Made by a program: the position numbers and the translations under genes. A DNA stretch of 64,000 nt, from NCBI GenBank assembly GCA_964016885.1, contig OZ024741.1, positions 255,378,001 through 255,442,000 on the forward strand, in the 5' to 3' direction. The first letter of the stretch is position 1. The number at the start of each line of letters is the position of its first letter. This document shows positions 11,681 to 26,292 of the stretch, piece after piece. The notes under the pieces are model-generated. The model saw only the letters and a list, made by a program, of their open reading frames with translations. It was not told where the DNA came from and made no database searches. This stretch comes from Eledone cirrhosa (taxonomy: Eukaryota).

Positions 11681-14600
11681 AGTGTTTCGACTTACGGGTG
11701 TTTTGACTTACGGGTGTTTCGGCTTACCAGTGTTTCGACTTACGAGTGATTTGACTTAAGGGTGTTTCGACATACCAGTATTTCGACTTACGAGTGTTTC
11801 GACTTACGAGTGTTTCGGATTACGAGTGTTTTGACTTCAGGGTGTTTCGACTTACGAGTGTTTCGATACGAGTGTTTCGACTTACGAGTGTTCTGACTTA
11901 CGAGTATTCTGATTTACGGATGTTTCGACACACGAGTGTTTCGAATTACGAGTGTTTCGACTTACGAGTGTTTTGACTTACGGGTGTTTTGACATACGAG
12001 TGTTTCGATACGAGTGTTTCGACTTATGAGTGTTTCGACTTACGAGTGTTCTGACTTACGAGTGTTCTGACTTACGAGTGTTCCGACTTACGAGTGTTTC
12101 GGTTTACGAGTGTTTCGACATACGAGTGTTTTGACTTACGGGTGTTTCGAATTACGGGTGTTTCGACTTACGAGTGTTTTGGCTTACGAGTGTTTCGACT
12201 TACTAATGTTTTTACTTACGAGTGTTTCGGTGTACGAATGTTTTGACTTAAGGATGTTTCGACTTACGAGTGTTTCGACTTACGAGTGTTTCGGCTTACG
12301 TGAGTTTCGACTTAAGAGTGTTCTGATTTACGAGTGTTCTGACTTACGAGTGTTTCGGCTTATGAGTGTTTCGACTTACGAGTGTTTCGGCTTACGAGTG
12401 TTTCGACTTATGGGTGTTTCGACTTACGAGTGTTTTTACTTACGGTGTTTCGGCTTACGAGTGTTTCGACATACGAGTGTTTTGACTTACGGGTGTTTCG
12501 GCTTACGAGTGTTTCGACTTACGAGTGTTTCGGCTTACGAGTGTTTCGACTTACTAATGTTTTTACTTACGAGTGTTTCGGCGTACGAGAGTTTTGACTT
12601 ACGAGTGTTTCGACTTACGAGTGTTTTGACTTACGAATGTTTTGACTTACGGGTGTTTCGGCTTATGAGTGTTTCGACTTACGAGTCTTTCGGCTTACGA
12701 GTGTTTCGACTTACTAATGTTTTTACTTACGAGTGTTTCGGCGTACGAGTGTTTCGACTTACGTGTGTTTCGACTTACGGGTGTTTTGACTTACGGGTGT
12801 TTCGGCTTACGAGTGTTTCGACTTACGAGTGTTTTGACTTACGGGTGTTTCGACTTACGAGTATTTTTGGCTTACGAGTGTTTCGACTTACGAGTGTTTT
12901 GACTTACGAGTGTTCTGATTTACGGATGTTTCGACATACGAGTGTTTCGACTTACGAGTGTTTCGACTTATGAGTGTTTCGACTTACGAGTGTTTCGGCT
13001 TACGAGTGTTTCGACTTACGAGTGTTTTGACTTACGGTGTTTCGGCTTACGAGTGTTTCGACTTACGAGTGTTTTGACTTACGGGTGTTTTGACATACGA
13101 GTGTTTCGATACGAGTGTTCTGACTTACGAGTGTTCTGACTTACGAGTGTTTTGACTTACGAGTGTTCTGACTTACGAGTGTTCCGACTTACGAGTGTTC
13201 CGACTTACGAGTGTTTCGGCTTACGAGTGTTTCCGGCTTACGAGTGTTTCGACTTCCGAGTGTTTTGACTTACGGTGTTTCGGCTTACGAGTGATTCGAC
13301 TTACGAGTGTTTTGACTTACGGGTGATTTGACTTACGGGTGTTGTGAATTACGAGTGTTCCGATTTACGAGTGTTTTGACTTACGGTGTTTCGGCTTACG
13401 AGTGATTCGACTTACGAATGTTTTGACTTACGGGTGTTTCGGCTTGCGAGTGTTTCGACTTACGAGTGTTTCGGCTTATGGGTGTTTCGACTTACTAATG
13501 TTTTTACTTACGAGTGTTTCGGCGTACGAGTGTTTTGACTTACGAGTGTTTCGACTTACGAGTGTTTCGACTTACGAGTGTTTCGGCTTACGTGAGTTTC
13601 GACTTAAGAGTGTTCTGATTCACGAGTGTTCTGACTTGCGGGTGTTCTGATTTACGAGTGTTCCGACTTACGAGTGTTTCGGCTTATGAGTGTTTCGACT
13701 TACGAGTGTTTAGGCTTACGAGTGTTTCGACTTATGGGTGTTTCGACTTACGAGTGTTTTTACTTACGGTGTTTCGGCTTACGAGTGTTTCGACATACGA
13801 GTGTTGTGACTTACGGGTGTTTCGACTTACGAGTGTTTTGACTTACGAATGTTTTGACTTACGGGTGTTTCGGCTTACGAGTGTTTCGACTTACGAGTGT
13901 TTCAGCTTACGAGTGTTTCGACTTACTAATGTTCTTACTTACGAGTGTTTCGGCGTACGAGAGTTTTGACTTACGAGTGTTTCGACTTACGAGTGTTTCG
14001 ACTTACGAGTGTTTCGACTTACGAGTGTTTTGACTTACGAATGTTTTGACTTACGGGTGTTTCGGCTTACGAGTGTTTCGACTTACGAGTCTTTCGGCTT
14101 ACGAGTGTTTCGACTTACTAATGTTTTTACTTACGAGTGTTTCGGCGTACGAGTGTTTCGACTTACGAGTGTTTCGACTTACGGGTGTTTTGACTTACGG
14201 GTGTTTCGGCTTACGAGTGTTTTGACTTACGAGTGTTTTGACTTAAGGGTGTTTCGACTTACGAGTATTTTTGGCTTACGAGTGTTTCGACTTACGAGTG
14301 TTTAGACTTACGAGTGTTCTGATTTACGGATGTTTCGACATACGAGTGTTTCGACTTACGAGTGTTTCGACTTATGAGTGTTTCGACTTACGAGTGTTTC
14401 GGCTTATGAGTGTTTCGACTTACGAGTGCTTCGGCTTACGAGTGTTTCGACTTACGAGTATTTCGGCTTACGAGTGTTTCGACGTACGAATGTTTTGGCT
14501 TACGATTGTTTCGGCTTATGAGTGTTTCGGCTTACGAGTGTTTCGACTTACGAGTGTTTCGGCTTACGAGTGTTTCAGTGTTTCGGCTTACGTGTGTTTC

Positions 14601-17600
14601 GACTTACGAGTGTTTCGACTTACGACTGTTTCGGCTTACGAGTGTTTCGGCTTACGAGTGTTTCGGCTTACGAGTGTTTTGACTTACGAGTGTTTTGACT
14701 TACGATTGTTTGGCTTACGAGTGTTCTGACTTACGGGTGTTCTGACTTACGAATGTTCCGACTTACGAGTGTTTCGGCTTATGAGGTTCTCGACTTACGA
14801 GTGCTTCGGCTTACGAGTGTTTCGACTTACGAGTGTTTCGGCTTACGAGTGTTTCGACTTACGAGTGTTTCGACTTACGAGTGTTTTGACTTACGGTGTT
14901 TCGGCTTACGAGTGTTTCGACATACGAGTGTTTTGACGTACGGGTGTTTCGACTTACGGGTCTTTCGACTTAACAGTGTTTCGAATTACGAGCGCTTCGA
15001 CTTACGAGTGTTTCGACTTACGAGTGTTTCGGCGTATGAGTGTTTTGACTTACGAGTGTTTCGACTTACGAGTGTTTCGACTTACGAGTGTTTCGAATTA
15101 CGAGTGTTTCGACTTACGAGTGTTTTGACTTACGAGTGTTTTGACTTCGGTGTTTCTGCTTACGAGTGTTTCGACTTACAAGTGTTATGACTTACGGGTG
15201 TTTTCACATACGAGTGTTTCGACTTACGAGTGTTTTGACTTACGGGTGTTTTGACATACGAGTGTTTCGATACGAGTGTTCTGACTTACGAGTGTTCTGA
15301 CTTACGAGTGTTCTGACTTACGAGTGTTTCGACATACGAGTGTTTTGACTTACGGGTGTTTCGACTTACGAGTGTTTTTCACTTACGAATGTTTTGACTT
15401 ACGGGTGTTTCGGCTTACTAGTGTTTCCACTTACGAGTGTTTCCGCTTACGAGTGTTTCGACTTACTAATATTTTTACTTACGAGTGTTTCGGCGTACGA
15501 GAGTTTTGACTTACGAGTGTTTCGACTTACGAGTGTTTCGACTTACGAGTATTTTGACTTACGAATGTTTTGACTTACGGGTGTTTCGGCTTACGAGTGT
15601 TTCGACTTACGAGTCTTTCGGCTTACGAGTGTTTCGACTTACTAATGTTTTTACTTACGAGTGTTTCGGCGTACGAGTGTTTCGACTTCCGAGTGTTTCG
15701 ACTTACGGGTGTTTTGACTTACGGGTGTATCGGCTTACGAGTGTTTTGACTTACGGTGTTTCGGCTTACGAGTGTTTCGACTTACGGGTGTTTTGACTTA
15801 CGGGTGTTTCGGCTTACCAGTGTTTCGACTTACGAGTGATTTGACTTAAGGGTGTTTCGACATACGAGTGTTTCGACTTACGAGTGTTTGGACTTACGAG
15901 TGTTTCGGATTACGAGTGTTTTGACTTCAGGGTGTTTCGACTTACGAGTGTTTCGATACGAGTGTTTCGACTTACGAGTGTTCTGACTTACGAGTATTCT
16001 GATTTACGGATGTTTCGACACACGAGTGTTTCGAATTACGAGTGTTTCGACTTACGAGTGTTTTGACTTACGGGTGTTTTGACATACGAGTGTTTCGATA
16101 CGAGTGTTTCGACTTATGAGTGTTTCGACTTACGAGTGTTCTGACTTACGAGTGTTCTGACTTACGAGTGTTCCGACTTACGAGTGTTTCGGTTTACGAG
16201 TGTTTCGACATACGAGTGTTTTGACTTACGGGTGTTTCGAATTACGGGTGTTTCGACTTACGAGTGTTTTGGCTTACGAGTGTTTCGACTTACTAATGTT
16301 TTTACTTACGAGTGTTTCGGTGTACGAATGTTTTGACTTAAGGATGTTTCGACTTACGAGTGTTTCGACTTACGAGTGTTTCGGCTTACGTGAGTTTCGA
16401 CTTAAGAGTGTTCTGATTTACGAGTGTTCTGACTTACGAGTGTTTCGGCTTATGAGTGTTTCGACTTACGAGTGTTTCGGCTTACGAGTGTTTCGAATTA
16501 TGGGTGTTTCGACTTACGAGTGTTTTTACTTACGGTGTTTCGGCTTACGAGTGTTTCGACATACGAGTGTTTTGACTTACGGGTGTTTCGGCTTACGAGT
16601 GTTTCGACTTACGAGTGTTTCGGCTTACGAGTGTTTCGACATACTAATGTTTTTACTTACGAGTGTTTCGGCGTACGAGAGTTTTGACTTACGAGTGTTT
16701 CGACTTACGAGTGTTTTGACTTACGAATGTTTTGACTTACGGGTGTTTCGGCTTATGAGTGTTTCGACTTACGAGTCTTTCGGCTTACGAGTGTTTCGAC
16801 TTACTAATGTTTTTACTTACGAGTGTTTCGGCGTACGAGTGTTTCGACTTGCGTGTGTTTCGACTTACGGGTGTTTTGACTTACGGGTGTTTCGGCTTAC
16901 GAGTGTTTCGACTTACGAGTGTTTTGACTTACGGGTGTTTCGACTTACGAGTATTTTTGGCTTACGAGTGTTTCGACTTACGAGTGTTTTGACTTACGAG
17001 TGTTCTGATTTACGGATGTTTCGACATACGAGTGTTTCGACTTACGAGTGTTTCGACTTATGAGTGTTTCGACTTACGAGTGTTTCGGCTTACGAGTGTT
17101 TCGACTTACGAGTGTTTTGACTTACGGTGTTTCGGCTTACGAGTGTTTCGACTTACGAGTGTTTTGACTTACGGGTGTTTTGACATACGAGTGTTTCGAT
17201 ACGAGTGTTCTGACTTACGAGTGTTCGACTTACGAGTGTTTTGACTTACGAGTGTTCTGACTTACGAGTGTTCCGACTTACGAGTGTTCCGACTTACGAG
17301 TGTTTCGGCTTACGAGTGTTTCCGGCTTACGAGTGTTTCGACTTCCGAGTGTTTTGACTTACGGTGTTTCGGTTTACGAGTGATTCGACTTACGAGTGTT
17401 TTGACTTACGGGTGATTTGACTTACGGGTGTTGTGAATTACGAGTGTTCCGATTTACGAGTGTTTTGACTTACGTTGTTTCGGCTTACGAGTGATTCGAC
17501 TTACGAATGTTTTGACTTACGGGTGTTTCGGCTTGCGAGTGTTTCGACTTACGAGTGTTTCGGCTTATGGGTGTTTCGACTTACTAATGTTTTTACTTAC

Positions 17601-19810
17601 GAGTGTTTCGGCGTACGAGTGTTTTGACTTACGAGTGTTTCGACTTACGAGTGTTTCGACTTACGAGTGTTTCGGCTTACGTGAGTTTCGACTTAAGAGT
17701 GTTCTGATTCACGAGTGTTCTGACTTGCGGGTGTTCTGATTTACGAGTGTTCCGACTTACGAGTGTTTCGGCTTATGAGTGTTTCGACTTACGAGTGTTT
17801 CGGCTTACGAGTGTTTCGACTTATGGGTGTTTCGACTTACGAGTGTTTTTACTTACGGTGTTTCGGCTTACGAGTGTTTCGACATACGAGTGTTGTGACT
17901 TACGGGTGTTTCGACTTACGAGTGTTTTGACTTACGAATGTTTTGACTTACGGGTGTTTCGGCTTACGAGTGTTTCGACTTACGAGTGTTTCGGCTTACG
18001 AGTGTTTCGACTTACTAATGTTCTTACTTACGAGTGTTTCGGCGTACGAGAGTTTTGACTTACGAGTGTTTCGACTTACGAGTGTTTCGACTTACGAGTG
18101 TTTTGACTTACGAATGTTTTGACTTACGGGTGTTTCGGCTTACGAGTGTTTCGACTTACGAGTCTTTCGGCTTACGAGTGTTTCGACTTACTAATGTTTT
18201 TACTTACGAGTGTTTCGGCGTACGAGTGTTTCGACTTACGAGTGTTTCGACTTACGGGTGTTTTGACTTACGGGTGTTTCGGCTTACGAGTGTTTTGACT
18301 TACGAGTGTTTTGACTTAAGGGTGTTTCGACTTACGAGTATTTTTGGCTTACGAGTGTTTCGACTTACGAGTGTTTTGACTTACGAGTGTTCTGATTTAC
18401 GGATGTTTCGACATACGAGTGTTTCGACTTACGAGTGTTTCGACTTATGAGTGTTTCGACTTACGAGTGTTTCGGCTTATGAGTGTTTCGACTTACGAGT
18501 GCTTCGGCTTACGAGTGTTTCGACTTACGAGTATTTCGGCTTACGAGTGTTTCGACGTACGAATGTTTTGGCTTACGATTGTTTCGGCTTATGAGTGTTT
18601 CGGCTTACGAGTGTTTCGACTTACGAGTGTTTCGGCTTACGAGTGTTTCAGTGTTTCGGCTTACGTGTGTTTCGACTTACGACTGTTTCGGCTTACGAGT
18701 GTTTCGGCTTACGAGTGTTTCGGCTTACGAGTGTTTCGACTTACGACTGTTTCGGCTTACGAGTGTTTCGGCTTACGAGTGTTTCGGCTTACGAGTGTTT
18801 TGACTTACGAGTGTTTTGACTTACGATTGTTTGGCTTACGAGTGTTCTGACTTACGGGTGTTCTGACTTACGAATGTTCCGACTTACGAGTGTTTCGGCT
18901 TATGAGGGTTTCGACTTACGAGTGCTTCGGCTTACGAGTGTTTCGACTTACGAGTGTTTCGGCTTACGAGTGTTTCGACATACGAGTGTTTTGACGTACG
19001 GGTGTTTCGACTTACGGGTCTTTCGTCTTAACAGTGTTTCGACTTACGAGCGCTTCGACTTACGAGTGTTTCGACTTACGAGTGTTTCGGCGTATGAGTG
19101 TTTTGACTTACGAGTGTTTCGACTTACGAGTGTTTCGACTTACGAGTGTTTCGAATTACGAGTGTTTCGACTTACGAGTGTTTTGACTTACGAGTGTTTT
19201 GACTTCGGTGTTTCTGCTTACGAGTGTTTCGACTTACGAGTGTTATGACTTACGGGTGTTTTCACATACGAGTGTTTCGACTTACGAGTGTTTTGACTTA
19301 CGGGTGTTTTGACATACGAGTGTTTCGATACGAGTGTTCTGACTTACGAGTGTTCTGACTTACGAGTGTTCTGACTTACGAGTGTTTCGACATACGAGTG
19401 TTTTGACTTACGGGTGTTTCGACTTACGAGTGTTTTCAATTACGAATGTTTTGACTTACGGGTGTTTCGGCTTACGAGTGTTTCGACTTACGAGTGTTTC
19501 GGCTTACGAGTGTTTCGACTTACTAATATTTTTACTTACGAGTGTTTCGGCGTACGAGAGTTTTGACTTACGAGTGTTTCGACTTACGAGTGTTTCGATT
19601 TACGAGTATTTTGACTTACGAATGTTTTGACTTACGGGTGTTTCGGCTTACGAGTGTTTCGACTTACGAGTCTTTCGGCTTACGAGTGTTTCGACTTACT
19701 AATGTTTTTACTTACGAGTGTTTCGGCGTACGAGTGTTTCGACTTCCGAGTGTTTCGACTTACGGGTGTTTTGACTTACGGGTGTATCGGCTTACGAGTG
19801 TTTTGACTTA
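11681..19810 (+). repeat. Higher-order tandem duplication, offset about 4090 bp
   Basis: Pairs 11794/15884, 12110/16200 and 12942/17032 (4090); 13402/17491 and 13658/17747 (4089); later pairs drift by roughly whole monomers (4073, 4121, 4058). Confidence 0.85.
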
Positions 19811-22800
19811 CGAGTGTTTTGACTTAAGGGTGTTTCGACTTACGAGTATTTTTGGCTTACGAGTGTTTCGACTTACGAGTGTTTTGACTTACGAGTGTTC
19901 TGATTTACGGATGTTTCGACATACGAGTGTTTCGACTTACGAGTGTTTGGACTTATGATTGTTTCGACTTACGAGTGTTTCGACTTACGAGTGTTTCGGC
20001 TTGTGATTGTTTCGACTTACGAGTGTTTTGACTTACGGTGTTTCAGCTTACGAGTGTTTCGACTTACGAGTGTTTTGACTTACGAATGTTTTGACTTACG
20101 GGTGTTTCGGCTTACGAGTGTTTCGACTTACGAGTGTTTCGGCTTGCGAGTGTTTCGACTTACTAATGTTTTTACTTACGAGTGTTTCGGCGTACGAGTG
20201 TTTCGACTTACGAGTGTTTCGGATTACGAGTGTTTTGACTTCAGGGTGTTTCGACTTACGAGTGTTTCGATACGAGTGTTTCGACTTACGAGTGTTCTGA
20301 CTTACGAGTATTCTGATTTACGGATGTTTCGACACACGAGTGTTTCGAATTACGAGTGTTTCGACTTACGAGTGTTTTGACTTACGGGTGTTTTGACATA
20401 CGAGTGTTTCGATACGAGTGTTTCGACTTATGAGTGTTTCGACCTACGAGTGTTCTGACTTACGAGTGTTCTGACTTACGAGTGTTCTGATTTACGGATG
20501 TTTCGACACACGAGTGTTTCGATACGAGTGTTTCGACTTACGAGTGTTTCGACTTATGAGTGTTTCGACTTACGAGTGTTCTGACTTACGAGTGTTCTGA
20601 CTTACGAGTGTTCCGACTTACGAGTGTTTCGTTTTACGAGTGTTTCGACATACGAGTGTTTTGACTTACGGGTGTTTCGACTTACGGGTGTTTCGACTTA
20701 CGAGTGTTTTGGCTTACGAGTGTTTCGACTTACTAATGTTTTTACTTACGAGTGTTTCGGTGTACGAATGTTTTGACTTAAGGATGTTTCGACTTACGAG
20801 TGTTTCGACTTACGAGTGTTTCGGCTTACGTGAGTTTCGACTTAAGAGTGTTCTGATTTACGAGTGTTCTGACTTACGAGTGTTTCGGCTTATGAGTGTT
20901 TCGACTTACGAGTGTTTCGGCTTACGAGTGTTTCGACTTATGGGTGTTTCGACTTACGAGTGTTTTTACTTACGGTGTTTCGGCTTACGAGTGTTTCGAC
21001 ATACGAGTGTTTTGACTTACGGGTGTTTCGGCTTACGAGTGTTTCGACTTACGAGTGTTTCGGCTTACGAGTGTTTCGACTTACTAATGTTTTTACTTAC
21101 GAGTGTTTCGGCGTACGAGAGTTTTGACTTACGAGTGTTTCGACTTACGAGTGTTTTGACTTACGAATGTTTTGACTTACGGGTGTTTCGGCTTATGAGT
21201 GTTTCGACTTACGAGTCTTTCGGCTTACGAGTGTTTCGAATTACTAATGTTTTTACTTACGAGTGTTTCGGCGTACGAGTGTTTCGACTTACGAGTGTTT
21301 CGACTTACGAGTGTTTTGACTTACGGGTGTTTCGACTTACGAGTATTTTTGGCTTACGAGTGTTTCGACTTACGAGTGTTTTGACTTACGAGTGTTCTGA
21401 TTTACGGATGTTTCGACATACGAGTGTTTCGACTTACGAGTGTTTCGACTTATGAGTGTTTCGACTTACGAGTGTTTCGGCTAACGAGTGTTTCGACTTA
21501 CGAGTGTATTGACTTACGGTGTTTCGGCTTACGAGTGTTTCGACTTACTAATGTTTTTACTTACGAGTGTTTCGGCGTACGAGTGTTTCGACTTACGTGT
21601 GTTTCGACTTACGGGTGTTTTGACTTACGGGTGTTTCGGCTTACGAGTGTTTCGACTTACGAGTGTTTTGACTTACGGGTGTTTCGACTTACGAGTATTT
21701 TTGGCTTACGAGTGTTTCGACTTACGAGTGTTTTGACTTACGAGTGTTCTGATTTACGGATGTTTCGACATACGAGTGTTTCGACTTACGAGTGTTTCGA
21801 CTTATGAGTGTTTCGACTTACGAGTGTTTCGGCTTACGAGTGTTTCGACTTACGAGTGTTTTGACTTACGGTGTTTCGGCTTACGAGTGTTTCGACTTAC
21901 GAGTGTTTTGACTTACGGGTGTTTTGACATACGAGTGTTTCGATACGAGTGTTCTGACTTACGAGTGTTCGACTTACGAGTGTTTTGACTTACGAGTGTT
22001 CTGACTTACGAGTGTTCCGACTTACGAGTGTTCCGACTTACGAGTGTTTCGGCTTACGAGTGTTTCCGGCTTACGAGTGTTTCGACTTCCAAGTGTTTTG
22101 ACTTACGGTGTTTCGGTTTACGAGTGATTCGACTTACGAGTGTTTTGACTTTCGGGTGATTTGACTTACGGGTGTTGTGAATTACGAGTGTTCCGATTTA
22201 CGAGTGTTTTGACTTACGTTGTTTCGGCTTACGAGTGATTCGACTTACGAATGTTTTGACTTACGGGTGTTTCGGCTTGCGAGTGTTTCGACTTACGAGT
22301 GTTTCGGCTTATGGGTGTTTCGACTTACTAATGTTTTTACTTACGAGTGTTTCGGCGTACGAGTGTTTTGACTTACGAGTGTTTCGACTTACGAGTGTTT
22401 CGACTTACGAGTGTTTCGGCTTACGTGAGTTTCGACTTAAGAGTGTTCTGATTCACGAGTGTTCTGACTTGCGGGTGTTCTGATTTACGAGTGTTCCGAC
22501 TTACGAGTGTTTCGGCTTATGAGTGTTTCGACTTACGAGTGTTTCGGCTTACGAGTGTTTCGACTTATGGGTGTTTCGACTTACGAGTGTTTTTACTTAC
22601 GGTGTTTCGGCTTACGAGTGTTTCGACATACGAGTGTTGTGACTTACGGGTGTTTCGACTTACGAGTGTTTTGACTTACGAATGTTTTGACTTACGGGTG
22701 TTTCGGCTTACGAGTGTTTCGACTTACGAGTGTTTCGGCTTACGAGTGTTTCGACTTACTAATGTTCTTACTTACGAGTGTTTCGGCGTACGAGAGTTTT

Positions 22801-25800
22801 GACTTACGAGTGTTTCGACTTACGAGTGTTTCGACTTACGAGTGTTTTGACTTACGAATGTTTTGACTTACGGGTGTTTCGGCTTACGAGTGTTTCGACT
22901 TACGAGTCTTTCGGCTTACGAGTGTTTCGACTTACTAATGTTTTTACTTACGAGTGTTTCGGCGTACGAGTGTTTCGACTTACGAGTGTTTCGACTTACG
23001 GGTGTTTTGACTTACGGGTGTTTCGGCTTACGAGTGTTTTGACTTACGAGTGTTTTGACTTAAGGGTGTTTCGACTTACGAGTATTTTTGGCTTACGAGT
23101 GTTTCGACTTACGAGTGTTTTGACTTACGAGTGTTCTGATTTACGGATGTTTCGACATACGAGTGTTTCGACTTACGAGTGTTTCGACTTATGAGTGTTT
23201 CGACTTACGAGTGTTTCGGCTTATGAGTGTTTCGACTTACGAGTGCTTCGGCTTACGAGTGTTTCGACTTACGAGTATTTCGGCTTACGAGTGTTTCGAC
23301 GTACGAATGTTTTGGCTTACGATTGTTTCGGCTTATGAGTGTTTCGGCTTACGAGTGTTTCGACTTACGAGTGTTTCGGCTTACGAGTGTTTCAGTGTTT
23401 CGGCTTACGTGTGTTTCGACTTACGACTGTTTCGGCTTACGAGTGTTTCGGCTTACGAGTGTTTCGGCTTACGAGTGTTTCGACTTACGACTGTTTCGGC
23501 TTACGAGTGTTTCGGCTTACGAGTGTTTCGGCTTACGAGTGTTTTGACTTACGAGTGTTTTGACTTACGATTGTTTGGCTTACGAGTGTTCTGACTTACG
23601 GGTGTTCTGACTTACGAATGTTCCGACTTACGAGTGTTTCGGCTTATGAGGGTTTCGACTTACGAGTGCTTCGGCTTACGAGTGTTTCGACTTACGAGTG
23701 TTTCGGCTTACGAGTGTTTCGACATACGAGTGTTTTGACGTACGGGTGTTTCGACTTACGGGTCTTTCGTCTTAACAGTGTTTCGACTTACGAGCGCTTC
23801 GACTTACGAGTGTTTCGACTTACGAGTGTTTCGGCGTATGAGTGTTTTGACTTACGAGTGTTTCGACTTACGAGTGTTTCGACTTACGAGTGTTTCGAAT
23901 TACGAGTGTTTCGACTTACGAGAGTTTTGACTTACGAGTGTTTTGACTTCGGTGTTTCTGCTTACGAGTGTTTCGACTTACGAGTGTTATGACTTACGGG
24001 TGTTTTCACATACGAGTGTTTCGACTTACGAGTGTTTTGACTTACGGGTGTTTTGACATACGAGTGTTTCGATACGAGTGTTCTGACTTACGAGTGTTCT
24101 GACTTACGAGTGTTCTGACTTACGAGTGTTTCGACATACGAGTGTTTTGACTTACGGGTGTTTCGACTTACGAGTGTTTTCAATTACGAATGTTTTGACT
24201 TACGGGTGTTTCGGCTTACGAGTGTTTCGACTTACGAGTGTTTCGGCTTACGAGTGTTTCGACTTACTAATATTTTTACTTACGAGTGTTTCGGCGTACG
24301 AGAGTTTTGACTTACGAGTGTTTCGACTTACGAGTGTTTCGATTTACGAGTATTTTGACTTACGAATGTTTTGACTTACGGGTGTTTCGGCTTACGAGTG
24401 TTTCGACTTACGAGTCTTTCGGCTTACGAGTGTTTCGACTTACTAATGTTTTTACTTACGAGTGTTTCGGCGTACGAGTGTTTCGACTTCCGAGTGTTTC
24501 GACTTACGGGTGTTTTGACTTACGGGTGTATCGGCTTACGAGTGTTTTGACTTACGAGTGTTTTGACTTAAGGGTGTTTCGACTTACGAGTATTTTTGGC
24601 TTACGAGTGTTTCGACTTACGAGTGTTTTGACTTACGAGTGTTCTGATTTACGGATGTTTCGACATACGAGTGTTTCGACTTACGAGTGTTTGGACTTAT
24701 GATTGTTTCGACTTACGAGTGTTTCGACTTACGAGTGTTTCGGCTTGTGATTGTTTCGACTTACGAGTGTTTTGACTTACGGTGTTTCAGCTTACGAGTG
24801 TTTCGACTTACGAGTGTTTTGACTTACGAATGTTTTGACTTACGGGTGTTTCGGCTTACGAGTGTTTCGACTTACGAGTGTTTCGGCTTGCGAGTGTTTC
24901 GACTTACTAATGTTTTTACTTACGAGTGTTTCGGCGTACGAGTGTTTCGACTTACGAGTGTTTCGGATTACGAGTGTTTTGACTTCAGGGTGTTTCGACT
25001 TACGAGTGTTTCGATACGAGTGTTTCGACTTACGAGTGTTCTGACTTACGAGTATTCTGATTTACGGATGTTTCGACACACGAGTGTTTCGAATTACGAG
25101 TGTTTCGACTTACGAGTGTTTTGACTTACGGGTGTTTTGACATACGAGTGTTTCGATACGAGTGTTTCGACTTATGAGTGTTTCGACCTACGAGTGTTCT
25201 GACTTACGAGTGTTCTGACTTACGAGTGTTCTGATTTACGGATGTTTCGACACACGAGTGTTTCGATACGAGTGTTTCGACTTACGAGTGTTTCGACTTA
25301 TGAGTGTTTCGACTTACGAGTGTTCTGACTTACGAGTGTTCTGACTTACGAGTGTTCCGACTTACGAGTGTTTCGGTTTACGAGTGTTTCGACATACGAG
25401 TGTTTTGACTTACGGGTGTTTCGACTTACGGGTGTTTCGACTTACGAGTGTTTTGGCTTACGAGTGTTTCGACTTACTAATGTTTTTACTTACGAGTGTT
25501 TCGGTGTACGAATGTTTTGACTTAAGGATGTTTCGACTTACGAGTGTTTCGACTTACGAGTGTTTCGGCTTACGTGAGTTTCGACTTAAGAGTGTTCTGA
25601 TTTACGAGTGTTCTGACTTACGAGTGTTTCGGCTTATGAGTGTTTCGACTTACGAGTGTTTCGGCTTACGAGTGTTTCGACTTATGGGTGTTTCGACTTA
25701 CGAGTGTTTTTACTTACGGTGTTTCGGCTTACGAGTGTTTCGACATACGAGTGTTTTGACTTACGGGTGTTTCGGCTTACGAGTGTTTCGACTTACGAGT

Positions 25801-26292
25801 GTTTCGGCTTACGAGTGTTTCGACTTACTAATGTTTTTACTTACGAGTGTTTCGGCGTACGAGAGTTTTGACTTACGAGTGTTTCGACTTACGAGTGTTT
25901 TGACTTACGAATGTTTTGACTTACGGGTGTTTCGGCTTATGAGTGTTTCGACTTACGAGTCTTTCGGCTTACGAGTGTTTCGAATTACTAATGTTTTTAC
26001 TTACGAGTGTTTCGGCGTACGAGTGTTTCGACTTACGAGTGTTTCGACTTACGAGTGTTTTGACTTACGGGTGTTTCGACTTACGAGTATTTTTGGCTTA
26101 CGAGTGTTTCGACTTACGAGTGTTTTGACTTACGAGTGTTCTGATTTACGGATGTTTCGACATACGAGTGTTTCGACTTACGAGTGTTTCGACTTATGAG
26201 TGTTTCGACTTACGAGTGTTTCGGCTAACGAGTGTTTCGACTTACGAGTGTATTGACTTACGGTGTTTCGGCTTACGAGTGTTTCGACTTAC
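16778..26292 (+). repeat. Near-perfect tandem duplication of a 4744-bp block (16778-21521, 21522-26292)
   Basis: Constant 4744 offset for 17032/21776, 17491/22235, 18419/23163, 19382/24126, 20640/25384 and 21424/26168. Shared rare variants: CGTCTTAAC, TTTTCAATTAC, TTCGACCTAC, GGCTAACG...GTGTATTGAC. Confidence 0.95.

Larger units (their letters stand above)
7830..13715 (+). repeat. Higher-order duplication, offset 3078 bp (about 7830-10620 vs 10910-13715)
   Basis: Near-identical ORF-track pairs 7851/10929, 8204/11282, 9032/12110 and 9864/12942 all differ by 3078; 10308/13402 differ by 3094 (one extra monomer). Insert copies 3 and 4 share the offset. Confidence 0.9.

Noticed and set aside
17221-17235. 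GTTCGA / tRNA T-loop / Pol III B-box similarity of the monomer
   Set aside because: The consensus is GTTTCGACTT, which does not fit GTTCRANNC; even the 15-bp GTTCGACTT variant lacks the final C. No A-box or cloverleaf.
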